Source: Patellaria atrata CBS 101060 (Eukaryota). From it: DNA of 64,000 nucleotides. The position numbers and the translations under genes were made by a program. Every line of letters begins with the position of its first letter. Position 1 is the stretch's first letter. The notes below the pieces were generated by a model. That model saw nothing but the letters and a program-made list of their open reading frames with translations. It was not told the origin of the DNA and made no database searches. The stretch is taken from positions 124,001-188,000 of the forward strand of contig MU006095.1 of assembly GCA_010093705.1 (NCBI GenBank), written 5' to 3'. Positions 1 to 11,636 of the stretch are shown here, piece after piece.

Positions 1-1240
1 AACACTATCGTTTTCGGTGCACAAGGATTCAAAAGCTTCCTCGATGGTTCAGATGAGCAACATACTATGTTCCGTAGAATGCTCGCTCCCTCATTCTCTG
101 TATCTGCTATGAACAGAGCCGAGCCCACAATTCAAAGCTACATTAGCTTGTTGATTACTCAACTCAACAAAGAAGTTACAGAAAAGCAGCCTGTTAATAT
201 ATGCGAATGGTATAACTACTTTACATTCGATATCACAGGAGAACTGGCTTTCAGCGAGTCTTTTGGACAACTCGAACGCAAGGCTTACCATCAATGGGTA
301 AAATTGATCTTCAGCCATTTAAAATATTCCGCATTGAGCATCTGTCTTCGGTTCTGGCCACCTCTCGATGTACTCATGCCAAAACTGGCACCCGCCAGCC
401 TTCATAAACTCAAGCATCTGTTCTGTCAATTATCTCGTCAGAAGGTTGCCTACCGAATCAATCGTCCTGATGCTTCCCAGCTACAGGACTGGGTGAGTCC
501 GTGCTTGACTACCAAAGATCCAAGGGAAAAGATGGAACTCGAGGAGATCATGGATACCTTTACGATTTTTATCATCGCAGGTTCGGAGACAACCGCTACG
601 CTTCTATCAGGCCTGACGAATCATCTCTGCCAAAACAAGCGCGTATTGAAGCTTCTTTCAGATGAAATTCGTGGAACGTTCAAGAGTGAAGATGAGATCA
701 CACAAGCTGCTGCAGCGAAGCTCCCATATCTAAATGCTGTGTTGAATGAGGCACTCAGAATGTGCACCCCAATACCATGCGCGCTGGGCCGGATTGTACC
801 GAAAGGTGGTTCGGTAATTAGCGGAGAACATATTCCTACCAATGTGAGTGACTTCTTCCTTCCCGTCCCGTCTTCTACTAATCATTTCCGTGCAGACATA
901 CGTCGGAATCCCCCATTTTGCGGCTTACCATGACGCAACACATTTCGCGTCACCGTTTCGGTTCACTCCGGAGCGTTGGTTAGGTGATGCAGCATTTGAG
1001 AAGGATCTGCACCCCGTTTTCCAACCATTCTCCATGGGCGGGCGTAATTGTATAGGACAAGCGCTAGCTTGGGTTGAAATGAGACTCGTCATTGCACGAC
1101 TGATCTATAACTTCGATATGAAAAAGGCGGAGGGTCCAGATTGGATCGAACAAAGGACGTACATGCTGTGGGAGAAGCAGCCTTTCAGCGTACACTTAAC
1201 GCCGGTACAGCGGGATGAGGCCGTTGAGCTCCCATCTTAG
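1..1240 (+). CDS. Cytochrome P450 (CYP65/Tri11-like), 5' end outside window; intron 844-895
   Basis: I-helix AGSETTAT, K-helix EALR, PERW and heme motif PFSMGGRNCIG. A GTGAGT...CTAAT...CAG intron joins ORFs 67..933 and 848..1240. Confidence 0.95.
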
Positions 1241-3666
1241 GATCACCTAGGATATCGGTTTGCCATAGATTTCTGGATATGTGATAAGTCCAACATTGGT
1301 GTCTTCAATCGCTTGCATTTTCTTCTTTTGTCTTTCTTTTGAGTTCGTACGGATTCTGGGGCTCGGGATATGATTCGGTTTAGCACAAGATACCCTCCCC
1401 GAAAGTTCTGTCGTAATGGTAGCGTTTCAGCGTTGAGCGGGCGTTCTGGACAAACCTTCAGGAAGCCAGATATCTATTGTGCGAGTTCCTGGTGTTATAT
1501 ATGGACAGAGTACCTTGGACCATAAGCATCACCGCTTTTTCACAATCGAATATGTACAAGTACATGTACTTTGTATTGTAGTCTGTGCCGTACTCGTACA
1601 GAGACAGCACAACAGATCTCTACCTTTAAAATGAGACCAATGTGTCGGTAGTTTGATTATTACACGACTTGAAGGGACCCCACGACAATTTTAGCCCCCA
1701 CTGGATAATCCCCGGATCATCTCCAAAATCGGAATCCTGATTTAGCGATAGAGTTATTTATCGCGGCGCCACGGCCCGTTCCCGTTCCTTAAATTTATCC
1801 TCCCTCGTTAGATTTGGCTAGAAGCTTGCGTGGAGTTCCTCGGAACTTCCGTTCACTAAATCGTGGAAAGAATCGATAGATGCAATATCTATCCTGACTT
1901 TTTTTTCTGTATCCACTGCATCACCGTCGTTCTTTTTGTCTCAGCACCATGCCACAAGATAAGCGGACTGTGGTGCTTGGAAGCAGTGCATACAGCCCAC
2001 AGATCTTTCACTACTATATGCTGCAGGATTGTGGATCGATACCATGAACTGGGAAGCTTGGAGGATTCAACGTCGTTAGAACTATCCCTTGGACTGTACC
2101 CTGATCCCTCCTACTACAGTACTCGTACGAGATGTAACATTCTGATCTCCAGTTCTACACAGTAAACCCAAAACTGCCACTCCCACACGTCGGTTCCGAT
2201 CACATGACTACCCTTTGTTTAGGTCTATACTGTACTTCTCGATGTTCGGAATCCGTGAGGGCCGAAAATATCTCCCCTCTATATCGGCTCAAAAGACGCA
2301 ATAGAAATCAATGCGCGTTCCAGCCGCAAAGTGGTCTGAACAGCTCGTAATATTAATCAATCGCAATATAATGTCAATCTATCAGTCCGACACTAACCAA
2401 TCATGACTAACAACCGGTCTCTAGTGCTCTAATTGCCGAGTTCCCGAGACTCTTGACGTGCATATTGAGGGGTTTTTGATGGACCTTTCCCATACATAGG
2501 CTTGTTTCTCTTACCCGCCATCAAACACCACCTTTTGAACCTTTTCTGCTTTTTCTTTCCAACTCTCTGGCCCTTGCGCGTCCCATGGCGTCTTTGGAAT
2601 CCTGCGCTCCGTTCAAGGTGTGATCGCAGGAATTAGAGCCAACAAATGGGGATACTGCGGCACGGAGTTTGGGTAAAGCGATCCCTGTTGTCATATATGC
2701 CATCCTTGACCACAAACCTTTCTCTACCACACCCTTCGCCATTCTCTCCGTGTTCTTCCACCTTTCTCATCAACTTCATATGCGCCGCTCTGCGGTTCAG
2801 ATGCAGCTTACTCGATTCTGAAGGGAATCCTTCGTGATCCGAGTTTCTGGCCTGGAAAAGCGAAAGCTTTCGGCCTATTGTCAGATATATTTTCCAATAC
2901 ACGACCAATCAACTCACTGCTGGTCTTGCTTGTCATTCTGTCAATGTTACCAAGAAACTTCTTTGTTCTTAAAGGTATGGTCCGTAGCTATGAGTGTCGT
3001 GATGTCCCCCGATCCCTCCCCTCTTTGCATCCATGCTCTCCGGTATATACGGGAATGGTGTAGTATCCGTCCCGGGACGTCAGATTTCAAAGAAGTCTTG
3101 TCTGATTTTCGATATCCCTTGCTTGCCATTTCTTTGCCTGTCTTTCACTCCATCTTCATTTCACATCTGCGATACCCGTCCATGCAAGTCGCTCCAGCAC
3201 ACTGGAACACTGATATCCGCCGGAATCTTGTCTTGGGATCTTTTACCTAAGCGAGTTCACTTTCATTCTACGATAGGAGTGTCTACCAAATCCAGCTTTA
3301 TTCCCATTTCTGCAGTACTGTGCCGCAAAAAAACAAGAACCCCGCAAGTTCTCAAGTCGTACAATTTGAGCTTCGTATCCCCACGTGGAGTGGCGCCTCC
3401 ACCTCGCCTTTCTGCATCTCTAACCCGAAGACGGCGATCTCTCTTTTATTTCGCCCTTTCCATTTCTTTCCCGTGCTGTCCTCCTCACTGTCCTTTCTTG
3501 TGATACCGTCTCATCGTTCCTGGAGTTTTATGGTGCTACGACCGTCCGATTGAGCACAGTCGGGCCATATTGTTTACCTCGACTCTTTCACGATTCAGTC
3601 GCATGGTTGTATAATACTACTTTTTTTTTTTCGAGACTTTGATTGATTCTGTATCGGACTGCAACG

Positions 3667-5007
3667 ATGTCTCTCCCGCCAGGGGTCGATCTGAGCAAAA
3701 TCCCAATCGGAAAGCCGCCGCCAGGCGTGACGCCGAATTTCGTCGACCCGGAAGACAAGGCGTACCAGTACTATATCGTCGGCGGTATAGGAACGACATT
3801 GATGGTGATCTTCGTGTTACTGAGGTTCCATGTACGATTTGTCAAGACTAGGACCGGTTGGTGGGATGATGGTATGTTGGACTATCTGATTTTTAGCGGT
3901 TGAATACAAAGCTAATTGTATATCAATAGCTGCTTGTTTACTAGCACTGGTGAGAACATACAAGTAAAGGGGTAGTTAAAACCCATTACTCACACGGAAT
4001 CTAGTTATCTCAAGCTGCCTACACAGGTGTAATCATGCGATGTACGTCTATCACACCCCCAAACTCCCCTTATATCCCACTAATCCCCTCCAGTATGTAA
4101 AATCGCAATCGGCCGACACGCCTGGGACGTCTCAGCGATCATAGCCTCCGAATTCAAAACCCTCGCCAAAACCTCCGCCATCCTCACGGCACCAGCAATC
4201 TACTTCACCAAACTCGCCCTCCTCCTCCTCTACATGAAGCTCTTCACGCAGAACCGTCTCGTCAACAACCTCATCTGGGCCGCCATCGTCGTCTGCACAA
4301 TCTACTACACCGCCGTGATGTTCCTCTACATCTTCCTCAAAGCCGTCTCAGCCCAATACACCCTCACCGAGTCCGTCGCCGCCTTCGGCGTCGTCTCTGA
4401 CGTCTACATCATCTGCCTGCCCCTGCTCGCCATCTCGCGACTAAACCTAACCCGCAAGAAGAAGTGGGCACTCCTCGCCGTCTTCCTCACCGGTGCCGTG
4501 GCCGTCGTGATGTCCTTCGTCGGCTGCGCTTACCGCTTCCACTTCGTCGAAGACTCCAAGCGCGACAACACCCGCGCCCTCCTCCGCGTCTACCTTGTCA
4601 ACACCGTCGAGGTCGACATAGGGGTTATATGCGCCTGTCTCCCGCTCCTCGCGAAGCTCATCCGCCCTACCTCCCGCGGAGACGAGGATCGCCCCTGGTG
4701 GCTCAGCACGCTGCGCTCCATCGGCGCCCACCTGCTGGATACGCTGCGCTCGCTGTCGCCCACGTCATCGAGGCATAGTGCCGAGTCGAGGCGCAAGGGG
4801 GATAAGTTCAACGAGAAGGCGCTGGGCAGCGATACCGTGGAGTTGGAGCGGGAGAGGGATGTCGAGGTTGGACGCGCGGGCGCCATGAGGGGCAAGGGCG
4901 GGGATGTCACGGTCGATACGCTGGATACCGTTGATAGGGCCTATATGGCGCAGGACCTCGCGAGGGAGGAGCGCGAGGCGAGGAGTAGCGGGTCGGGGAC
5001 GAAGTGA
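3667..5007 (+). CDS. Fungal rhodopsin-domain (PTH11-like, no CFEM) integral membrane protein; introns 3872-3929, 3950-4004, 4042-4093
   Basis: N-terminal PPPGVTPNFVDP, LRF...WWDD, GRHAWDV, SDVYIICLP and EVDIGVICACLP motifs; the spliced frame is continuous. Confidence 0.9.
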
Positions 5008-5318
5008 GGGGGATAAAGAATAGCGGGAGTCGGGGTGTTGTTTCGGGGGGATCGGGCAGATACCATGGGCTAAGGAGTTTTTCATTTTTTTTTTTTGGGA
5101 GGCGGTGGATTTTTACGAAAGATATGATGGTCAAAAAGTGTGCTGGGACATGCACATGTTTCCTTAATGTGGTGTAGGATACCCGGGTCCGACTCTTAAA
5201 CTGCAATGCTGCTTGTTCTTAATTTCCGTATAGATTCGGAGTATCATATTAGCTACGAGAGTTTGATTCTCTTCATACCCAGTTACCAGTATACAGTCAT
5301 AAGACACATCCGATCCGA

Positions 5319-7885
5319 TCAGATCCTCATACCCGCCTCGCCCCTGTCCTCCCCAAACTCCTCCTCAGCCTTCCTCCTCGTGTCCAGATACCTCTGCGCC
5401 CAGTCCTCACTGACGCCCTCGTCCCCCCTCACCCTCGCCACAATACTCTTCTTCATCAAACACTCACATTGCCCCTCCACATCCTCCAGATGCGTATAAC
5501 ACTCCAGCGCATTATCAAGGAAGAATTCCGCGCGGGAGAGGTGCGTAAGGACCGGCGGGGAAAAATCAGGAGTCGTGGCTCTAGACGGAGTGGAGGGAGA
5601 AGATGAAGGGATGGATATGTATTTGCCGGCGAGGCCGATATGCGCGGTAGCCATATGCCCATGCAAATGCGCGACGAGGGCGAGATCTCCGCACTCGATG
5701 GCGTGCGGAATCGTACTGGCTAATATGCCCCTGGCGGCCTCGCACTCGCCCATCTCGTTCAGTATCCCCACTACCAGACCCAGCGCCTCCCATAGCGCGG
5801 GGAGGATCCTGCTTCGCCAGCTCAGCGCTGCGGCTCGCATGGCGAGGCTGAAGCCTAGCTCTGGTCTGTCGACTTTGGCCCAGAGCTGGGCTTTGAGGAT
5901 CAGCAGGTGGATGCGCTGGTAGATGTCTGTATCTGCGTTTTCGAGGTCTGCGTTCACGTCTTCTATTTTCCGTAGCGCAAGGGGGAAGTCCTGTTGACGG
6001 AGGCGGTGTTCTATTTCTAGGAGTGAGAACTGGAATAAAAGATCAGGGTCTGAGGCGCAGCCGGCGCGGAGGGAGAGTAGGAGATGCGATATGGCGGTGA
6101 TGTCGGAGCGGCGGAGTGCACGGCGAAGCTTGAGGAGGCCGGAAAAGGAGATGAGGTATTGGTGAAATTTGAGTGTGCGGTGAACATCCGGGTCTATGGA
6201 TTGGAAGATGGACATGGCTTGAGTGAACCGGCCAGCTTGGGCGGCTGTGAAGGCATTTCTGCAAATGGCTCGGAGGGCTTCTTCGACAGGGGAGTGATCT
6301 CTGTAGCAGTCGAGAATGAGATCACAATAGGAGGTTGAGAGATGTTGGAGTCCTATGTCTGCATTAGTGGATTAGGGTCAAGGTATTGGCTTCACCTAAC
6401 TAACCAATTCGACCATAGAGTGCAGAAAGCATCAATAGTTGGGTACCAAAATTGTTCGTTATTCGGTGCGTGATGTTAAGATGGGAAGACTGGAACAGTT
6501 GTTCAAGAGCTTTCGGAGCTGTGTCCCCCTGAAACCAGTTAGAGTTATCAAGTGTATGAGGGAAATTGCGTACATTTGATAGCCTCAATTTTGCCTCACT
6601 TAAGAGGGTCGAGCTGAGTAGAGCGTAATTTTTGCTCTCCCGTGCTTTCGCTTTCAGGAACGCAATTCCCTCCCGTTCCGAACCTATCATGCCGCCATAC
6701 TCAGTGCCCTTCATCCTCTTCGGGTAAGCCTTATTCAGGTGATTTAGCCAGCTTAGACTGAAGTTCAGACAGTTCAAGTCTTGATTCTCTCGAGCGGTGG
6801 CTATAGTCTCACTCATTGTAGCGATTGCTTCATCGAAGCATCCAAAATCTGCATGAAGAATAGCCATATGGAGTAGTGCGTAATGATAGTACGACTTGTC
6901 ACGGTTATGCATTGTGTAATCAAAGTAACGATGCAAGTTATCGAACGCTGAGGTATAGTCTCCAGCTCGCCATGCATCGAAGAAACTATGCTGGTCAGGC
7001 AATTGTCTTATAATGGTTGGCTCCAACTTACCGGACGAAATGTAGTAGACTCGGTGTAGCAACAGAAGGTGTTAGCATCTTACGGAACTGAGACTTCATC
7101 TCGTCTGGTATTCTGTTCCCAAGTCCTAGAGACATTTTAGAATTCCTTCAACGAGAGTAAAGGAGAAGAATCGTACTCTGTAACCGCTGTACCTGAAAAT
7201 CCAATATAGCTTCGATATCGTCTGCAGCAACCAGTCCAGTCTGATCATCATCAATATCAAGATTCGCCATTGCAATGGAGAATAGATCATGACTATTATC
7301 CAGATCTTGGATGCTGGCATCATTTACTGAAGTACGAGTGCCAGGATGTCTCCTTTTCCAGGCTGTCGTTGTTGGCTCCCTATATTTGAAGAATGCGGCC
7401 CACAACTTGATTGCGTCATCGAATTGAAGGCGGGTGAATTCTAACTGCGCTCTTCGAACATAAGCACCGCAAGGTGATGTCCGTGACAGTAGTATCCGAT
7501 CTCTGTTCGATAACTCGCTATTATCAACATCGTGAGGTACATTCCTACCTTTCGCAAGGTATTGTTCGAGATCGTCGAAAAAACTGTGTAAAGAATCAAG
7601 AGAGTTGATGGACCATAACTTATTTAAAAATAAATCGAAGAGAGTTCGACCAGGAACACTGGAAGAATGAGCCATCGTGAGATTTTCGAAATCTCGTATC
7701 GGAATGAAGAATCCATATCCTATTACGCGTTCCTTGCTCTTTCCGCTCGAAAACTGCGCGACTTCAAGATGGGAGAGAATAAAAGAGAGTACTGGAATGA
7801 CAGAAACACTAGGTACTACTCCATCACAATATAGACTGATCAAGCAAAGCAGTCCTATCTTTTGAGGTGTCAGATATCGCGTCAT
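5319..7885 (-). CDS. APC5: Anaphase-promoting complex subunit 5; introns 7176-7126, 7031-6986, 6573-6529, 6404-6353 (or 6359)
   Basis: MTRYLTPQKIGLLCLISLY start, FFDAWRAGDYTSAFDNLHRYFDY and YALLHMAILHADFG (Apc5/TPR-like). Three ORFs are joined by canonical introns. Confidence 0.92.
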
Positions 7886-8290
7886 GATTTCAGCGATACG
7901 TAAAACACGCGCATCTCAACGCGTTTTTTCGTAGTTCGAAGTTCTAGTGTGGGAGAAATGTTGAAGTTTATGTTGTAGACGGGAATTATAAGTCTCTTAC
8001 TATTTCATCAGGCAAGTAAGAAACGAAGCAAAGTGGGGTGTGAATTCTTAGGAGATAATCAACTTTCTCGTGGAGTTCTCGAGATGCAATCATAGTTCAT
8101 TATTTTCCATCTTAAAATGGAAACCTAGGGTTTAATAGTTACAATGCGAGATACCAGCTATCTACAGACGCTCCATGCTTTGGTCCCCACTCGTGAAGCA
8201 GACCAGCTAAACGCGCATTTTAATCCGTAGAAGAATCACGAACTCAATGGTTCAAACCGACACATAACACAAAACCTTTCTTCCTCTGCT

Positions 8291-9105
8291 CTAGTGCTTC
8301 TCAGGCTTGAGACTTTTGCTCGAGCTGGGAAAATCTTTCGACCAATCATCCTCCTGCGCATCCTGTTCCGATAGTCCATTTGTAGCCCATATCCGACTGA
8401 CACTCAAGTCGAACGCGCCCGGTGTGCGATCAATTAGGCTGACGCCTATTGTTCGTACTCTTTGCCGCAGCAGTTCCATCTGTGGTTCTACAACTTCCCC
8501 GTGATTCGTACGTACGAAATCATTCCAGTTGATAAGGATAGTTTCCCATTCTCCGGGTTTTCTAGTATACAATCGATGTTGATGTAAGTCTGTGGGTACA
8601 ATTGACTCCGTCTGTAGGTTGACAAAGTATTTACGACCATCGGATTTTATTCTCATAGCGAGATATGTGTAAGGGTCAATATCCCATAAGGATCTACCAA
8701 ATACAGTGGATCCACGGTACAGTGTTCGCCATCCTGCATAGCCACTCCTCTGTAAATTCGGGCGGTTTTTGGGTAGTTCAATTGAGATGTTTCCGTGAAA
8801 TCGCAGATGAGGTGGCTCGGTTTCTGAACCTGATACATAATCGATTTGGGCGTGCGAGAAACCACCAATATCGGCGTCTGACATTGCCTTACATCTCGTT
8901 ATCGAATCGGGATCGGAGAAGGTAATAAGCTGGTAGGGCCTGGTCGGAATTGAGACCGTCTCGAACCGCAAAGCTATTGGCAATCAGAAAAGTGTGGAAT
9001 GAGAGGGAGAGCAGCGGTCTATGTACCTGTGCCAGATAGTCTCTTGAACTCTTCTAGACTCCGTTTCAAAAAGCCGGGAGCGAAGCATCTTGCTGTACAG
9101 TGCAT
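8291..9105 (-). CDS. CIA30: Complex I intermediate-associated protein CIA30 (NDUFAF1 family); intron 9026-8974
   Basis: MSDADIGGFS, RSGYAGWRT, KSDGRKYFVNLQT and DLHQHRLY motifs. Exon 1 (MHCTARCFAPGFLKRSLEEFKRLS) resembles a mitochondrial presequence. Confidence 0.92.
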
Positions 9106-9640
9106 CTTCGTATCCCCAAGTTAATGTGAGGTATGCTGGGAGATGATGTAATGTTCAATGCGTCCCTCGTGTCTTGTACCTTTCAATTGAATGCGGAGGG
9201 GTGAAAAGGCTGTCAGGATGACAGCTATGGTAAGGGTTGAATTGTCTTCAAATAGAGTTGGGTCAAGAGATAATACAAAATTCTGATCTATCAAGTATCA
9301 CGAAAGCAAGCCGTGAGTGACGGCAGCTTGAGATCAAGGGGACGTCCCGCGGCCCGCTTGTGCAGGCCCTTTGCCGTCACCGCCCAAGGACTCCCGGAAG
9401 TGGTGGCAGAAAATCACGGCTTCGGCGTGACTGCGCGAAACTCAGGGTTCTTTTCTGTATAATCTTTCCAGAACCTTTTCGTCATCGTATACTCTTCAAC
9501 TATTCATCTCTGCATACACAAACACATTACACCCTTAGGTCTATTGATGCTTAGAGTTTTTACCTTTGTTAATTTATTCCTTAGTTGATTGTAGCTCTCA
9601 GGAGATCCCAATCGCCACAGAGCGATTACAACACCATTAC

Positions 9641-10894
9641 ATGACCTTCACATCCGCATCCACATCAGCCTCAGATGCCCGACGGCTAGCTGAACAGCAG
9701 TCCTATCTACAGAATCGCTTACCACAGTCGCGAGAACTCGGAGATGCAACACCAGAATCAGGCCGCAATGCGGTAGCGACGAAGCAGTCGCCGTTCGCGA
9801 AGTCATGGGCTCATTTCATCGCGGGAGCGTACGCAATACCAGACGATTCAAACCATCCCTTCACATTATGCTGATCGTAACAGCGCCGGAGGAATGACGT
9901 CGTCTGTTCTAACAGCCCCCTTGGATGTCCTAAAGACGCGGCTTCAGTCAGATTTCTATCAGGCTCAACTCATAGCCTCGCGCAAAGCACGAGGAATCCC
10001 ACCCCCTTCCACTATGTCAATACCTCGAAGCGCCCTTCTTCACGTCCGAGAAACGTTCCAGATTCTAGCGTCCGTACCTCGAATGGAAGGTTGGCGCGCC
10101 CTATTCAAGGGTGTTGGTCCAACTCTCGTTGGCGTCGTTCCAGCCCGCGCCATCAACTTCTACACGTACGGCAACGGCAAAAGGCTTATCAGCACATACT
10201 TCAATAACGGGCATGAAGCTGCCTGGGTACATTTGTACGCAGCAGCTTGTGCTGGTATAGCCACAGGCACAGCGACAAACCCGATCTGGGTAGTAAAGAC
10301 TCGATTACAGCTAGACAAGTCGCACTCGCACAATCCAGCTGAAAGACAGTACAAGAATGCTTTCGATTGTACGATGCAGATTTTGAGGCAGGAAGGTGTC
10401 AAGGGGCTCTATAGAGGATTAAGCGCAAGCTACCTCGGGGTCACTGAAAGTACATTGCAGTGGGTGATGTATGAGCAGATGAAGGGCGCACTCGCACGAC
10501 GAGAGGAAAGAGTTGCACTTTCCGGACGAGCACCAACAACATGGGATGTCGCAATTTCGTGGACTGGGAAACTTTTCGCAGCGGGCAGCGCCAAATTCGT
10601 CGCTGCTCTACTTACATATCCGCATGAGGTGAGCTCATTCTCGGCGTGTTCGAAACTGAAACTTACAAATTCTAGGTTGTACGAACACGATTACGACTGG
10701 GTCCTGCCGAGAACGGTCGGCTCAAATATACCGGTCTGCTACAATGTTTCAAGCTCATCTGGAAAGAGGAGAGACTTATCGGCCTCTATGGAGGCCTAAC
10801 ACCGCATATGATGAGAGTCGTCCCAAGCGCAGCTATCATGTTCGGAACGTACGAGGTAGTCCTAAAGATGCTCGGTGCTTCCTCGAACATGTAG
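9641..10894 (+). CDS. RIM2: Mitochondrial carrier, RIM2-like pyrimidine nucleotide transporter; introns 9829-9883, 10629-10675
   Basis: Three carrier signatures PLDVLKTRLQ, PIWVVKTRLQ and PHEVVRTRLR, plus SWAHFIAG and VPARAINF. Confidence 0.9.
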
Positions 10895-11636
10895 CTGAAC
10901 GATGGAGGAGTGTGATTGTATGATACGGGTTTTGCGTAGTAGAGGTGTCAACAATAGCATAATAAGGAAGGCGCTGGGGTTGTAAAATGTACTATACGCG
11001 GGCGTCTTAATATCAGTCACGGTCTGTATCATGTTAGGCATAACTCTGCTCTGGCGGAATGCCGCTTGCAGTTGATCATAGTTCACTGTACTATATTCAA
11101 GGAAGACTTGTTACACTTCATTCCCCTTCTATTTTATGCTACACCTACCATACACTGACGTTTAACCCGACCTCGAACTCAAGCATAGAAGTCAAGGGGA
11201 CCACAGCACGCATTCAGCCGGAAGATCAATCGTTATATGTACTGCAAGTGAACATCATCCAAGCAACACGCGGCCATTACGTCCATTCACATAACACTCT
11301 CGTTGGGGGAGACGTTGGGACGGGATGGAGTCGAGGTTTCGCTGGTGTCGACACGGGTCCAACTTGACCAGGGGTTCAAGACATAGTATATATACTGTAC
11401 ACACTAAACGAAACAGAAACGTACTTTCAGATTCTACTACCAAAAAGGGAAGATGAGAAGGATTAGATATACCGACTTCCACCTGGTACGAATCTCAATA
11501 TCGTTTTCAAGATCTCAACTGTCAACATCCCCACCCTTTTCACCCACCGCGGTCATCCCCCCTTCCCCCTTTCCCTCCTATCTCACCTCTACTCTCTCGC
11601 AAAACTCCTCATCCATTACCTCCTGCATAACGCATT

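Noticed and set aside
7919..7924. MCB-like ACGCGT upstream of APC5 (also 34895-34900 upstream of the septin)
   Set aside because: Hexamers occur by chance, and the APC5 copy is only ~35 nt from the ATG, probably in the 5'UTR.
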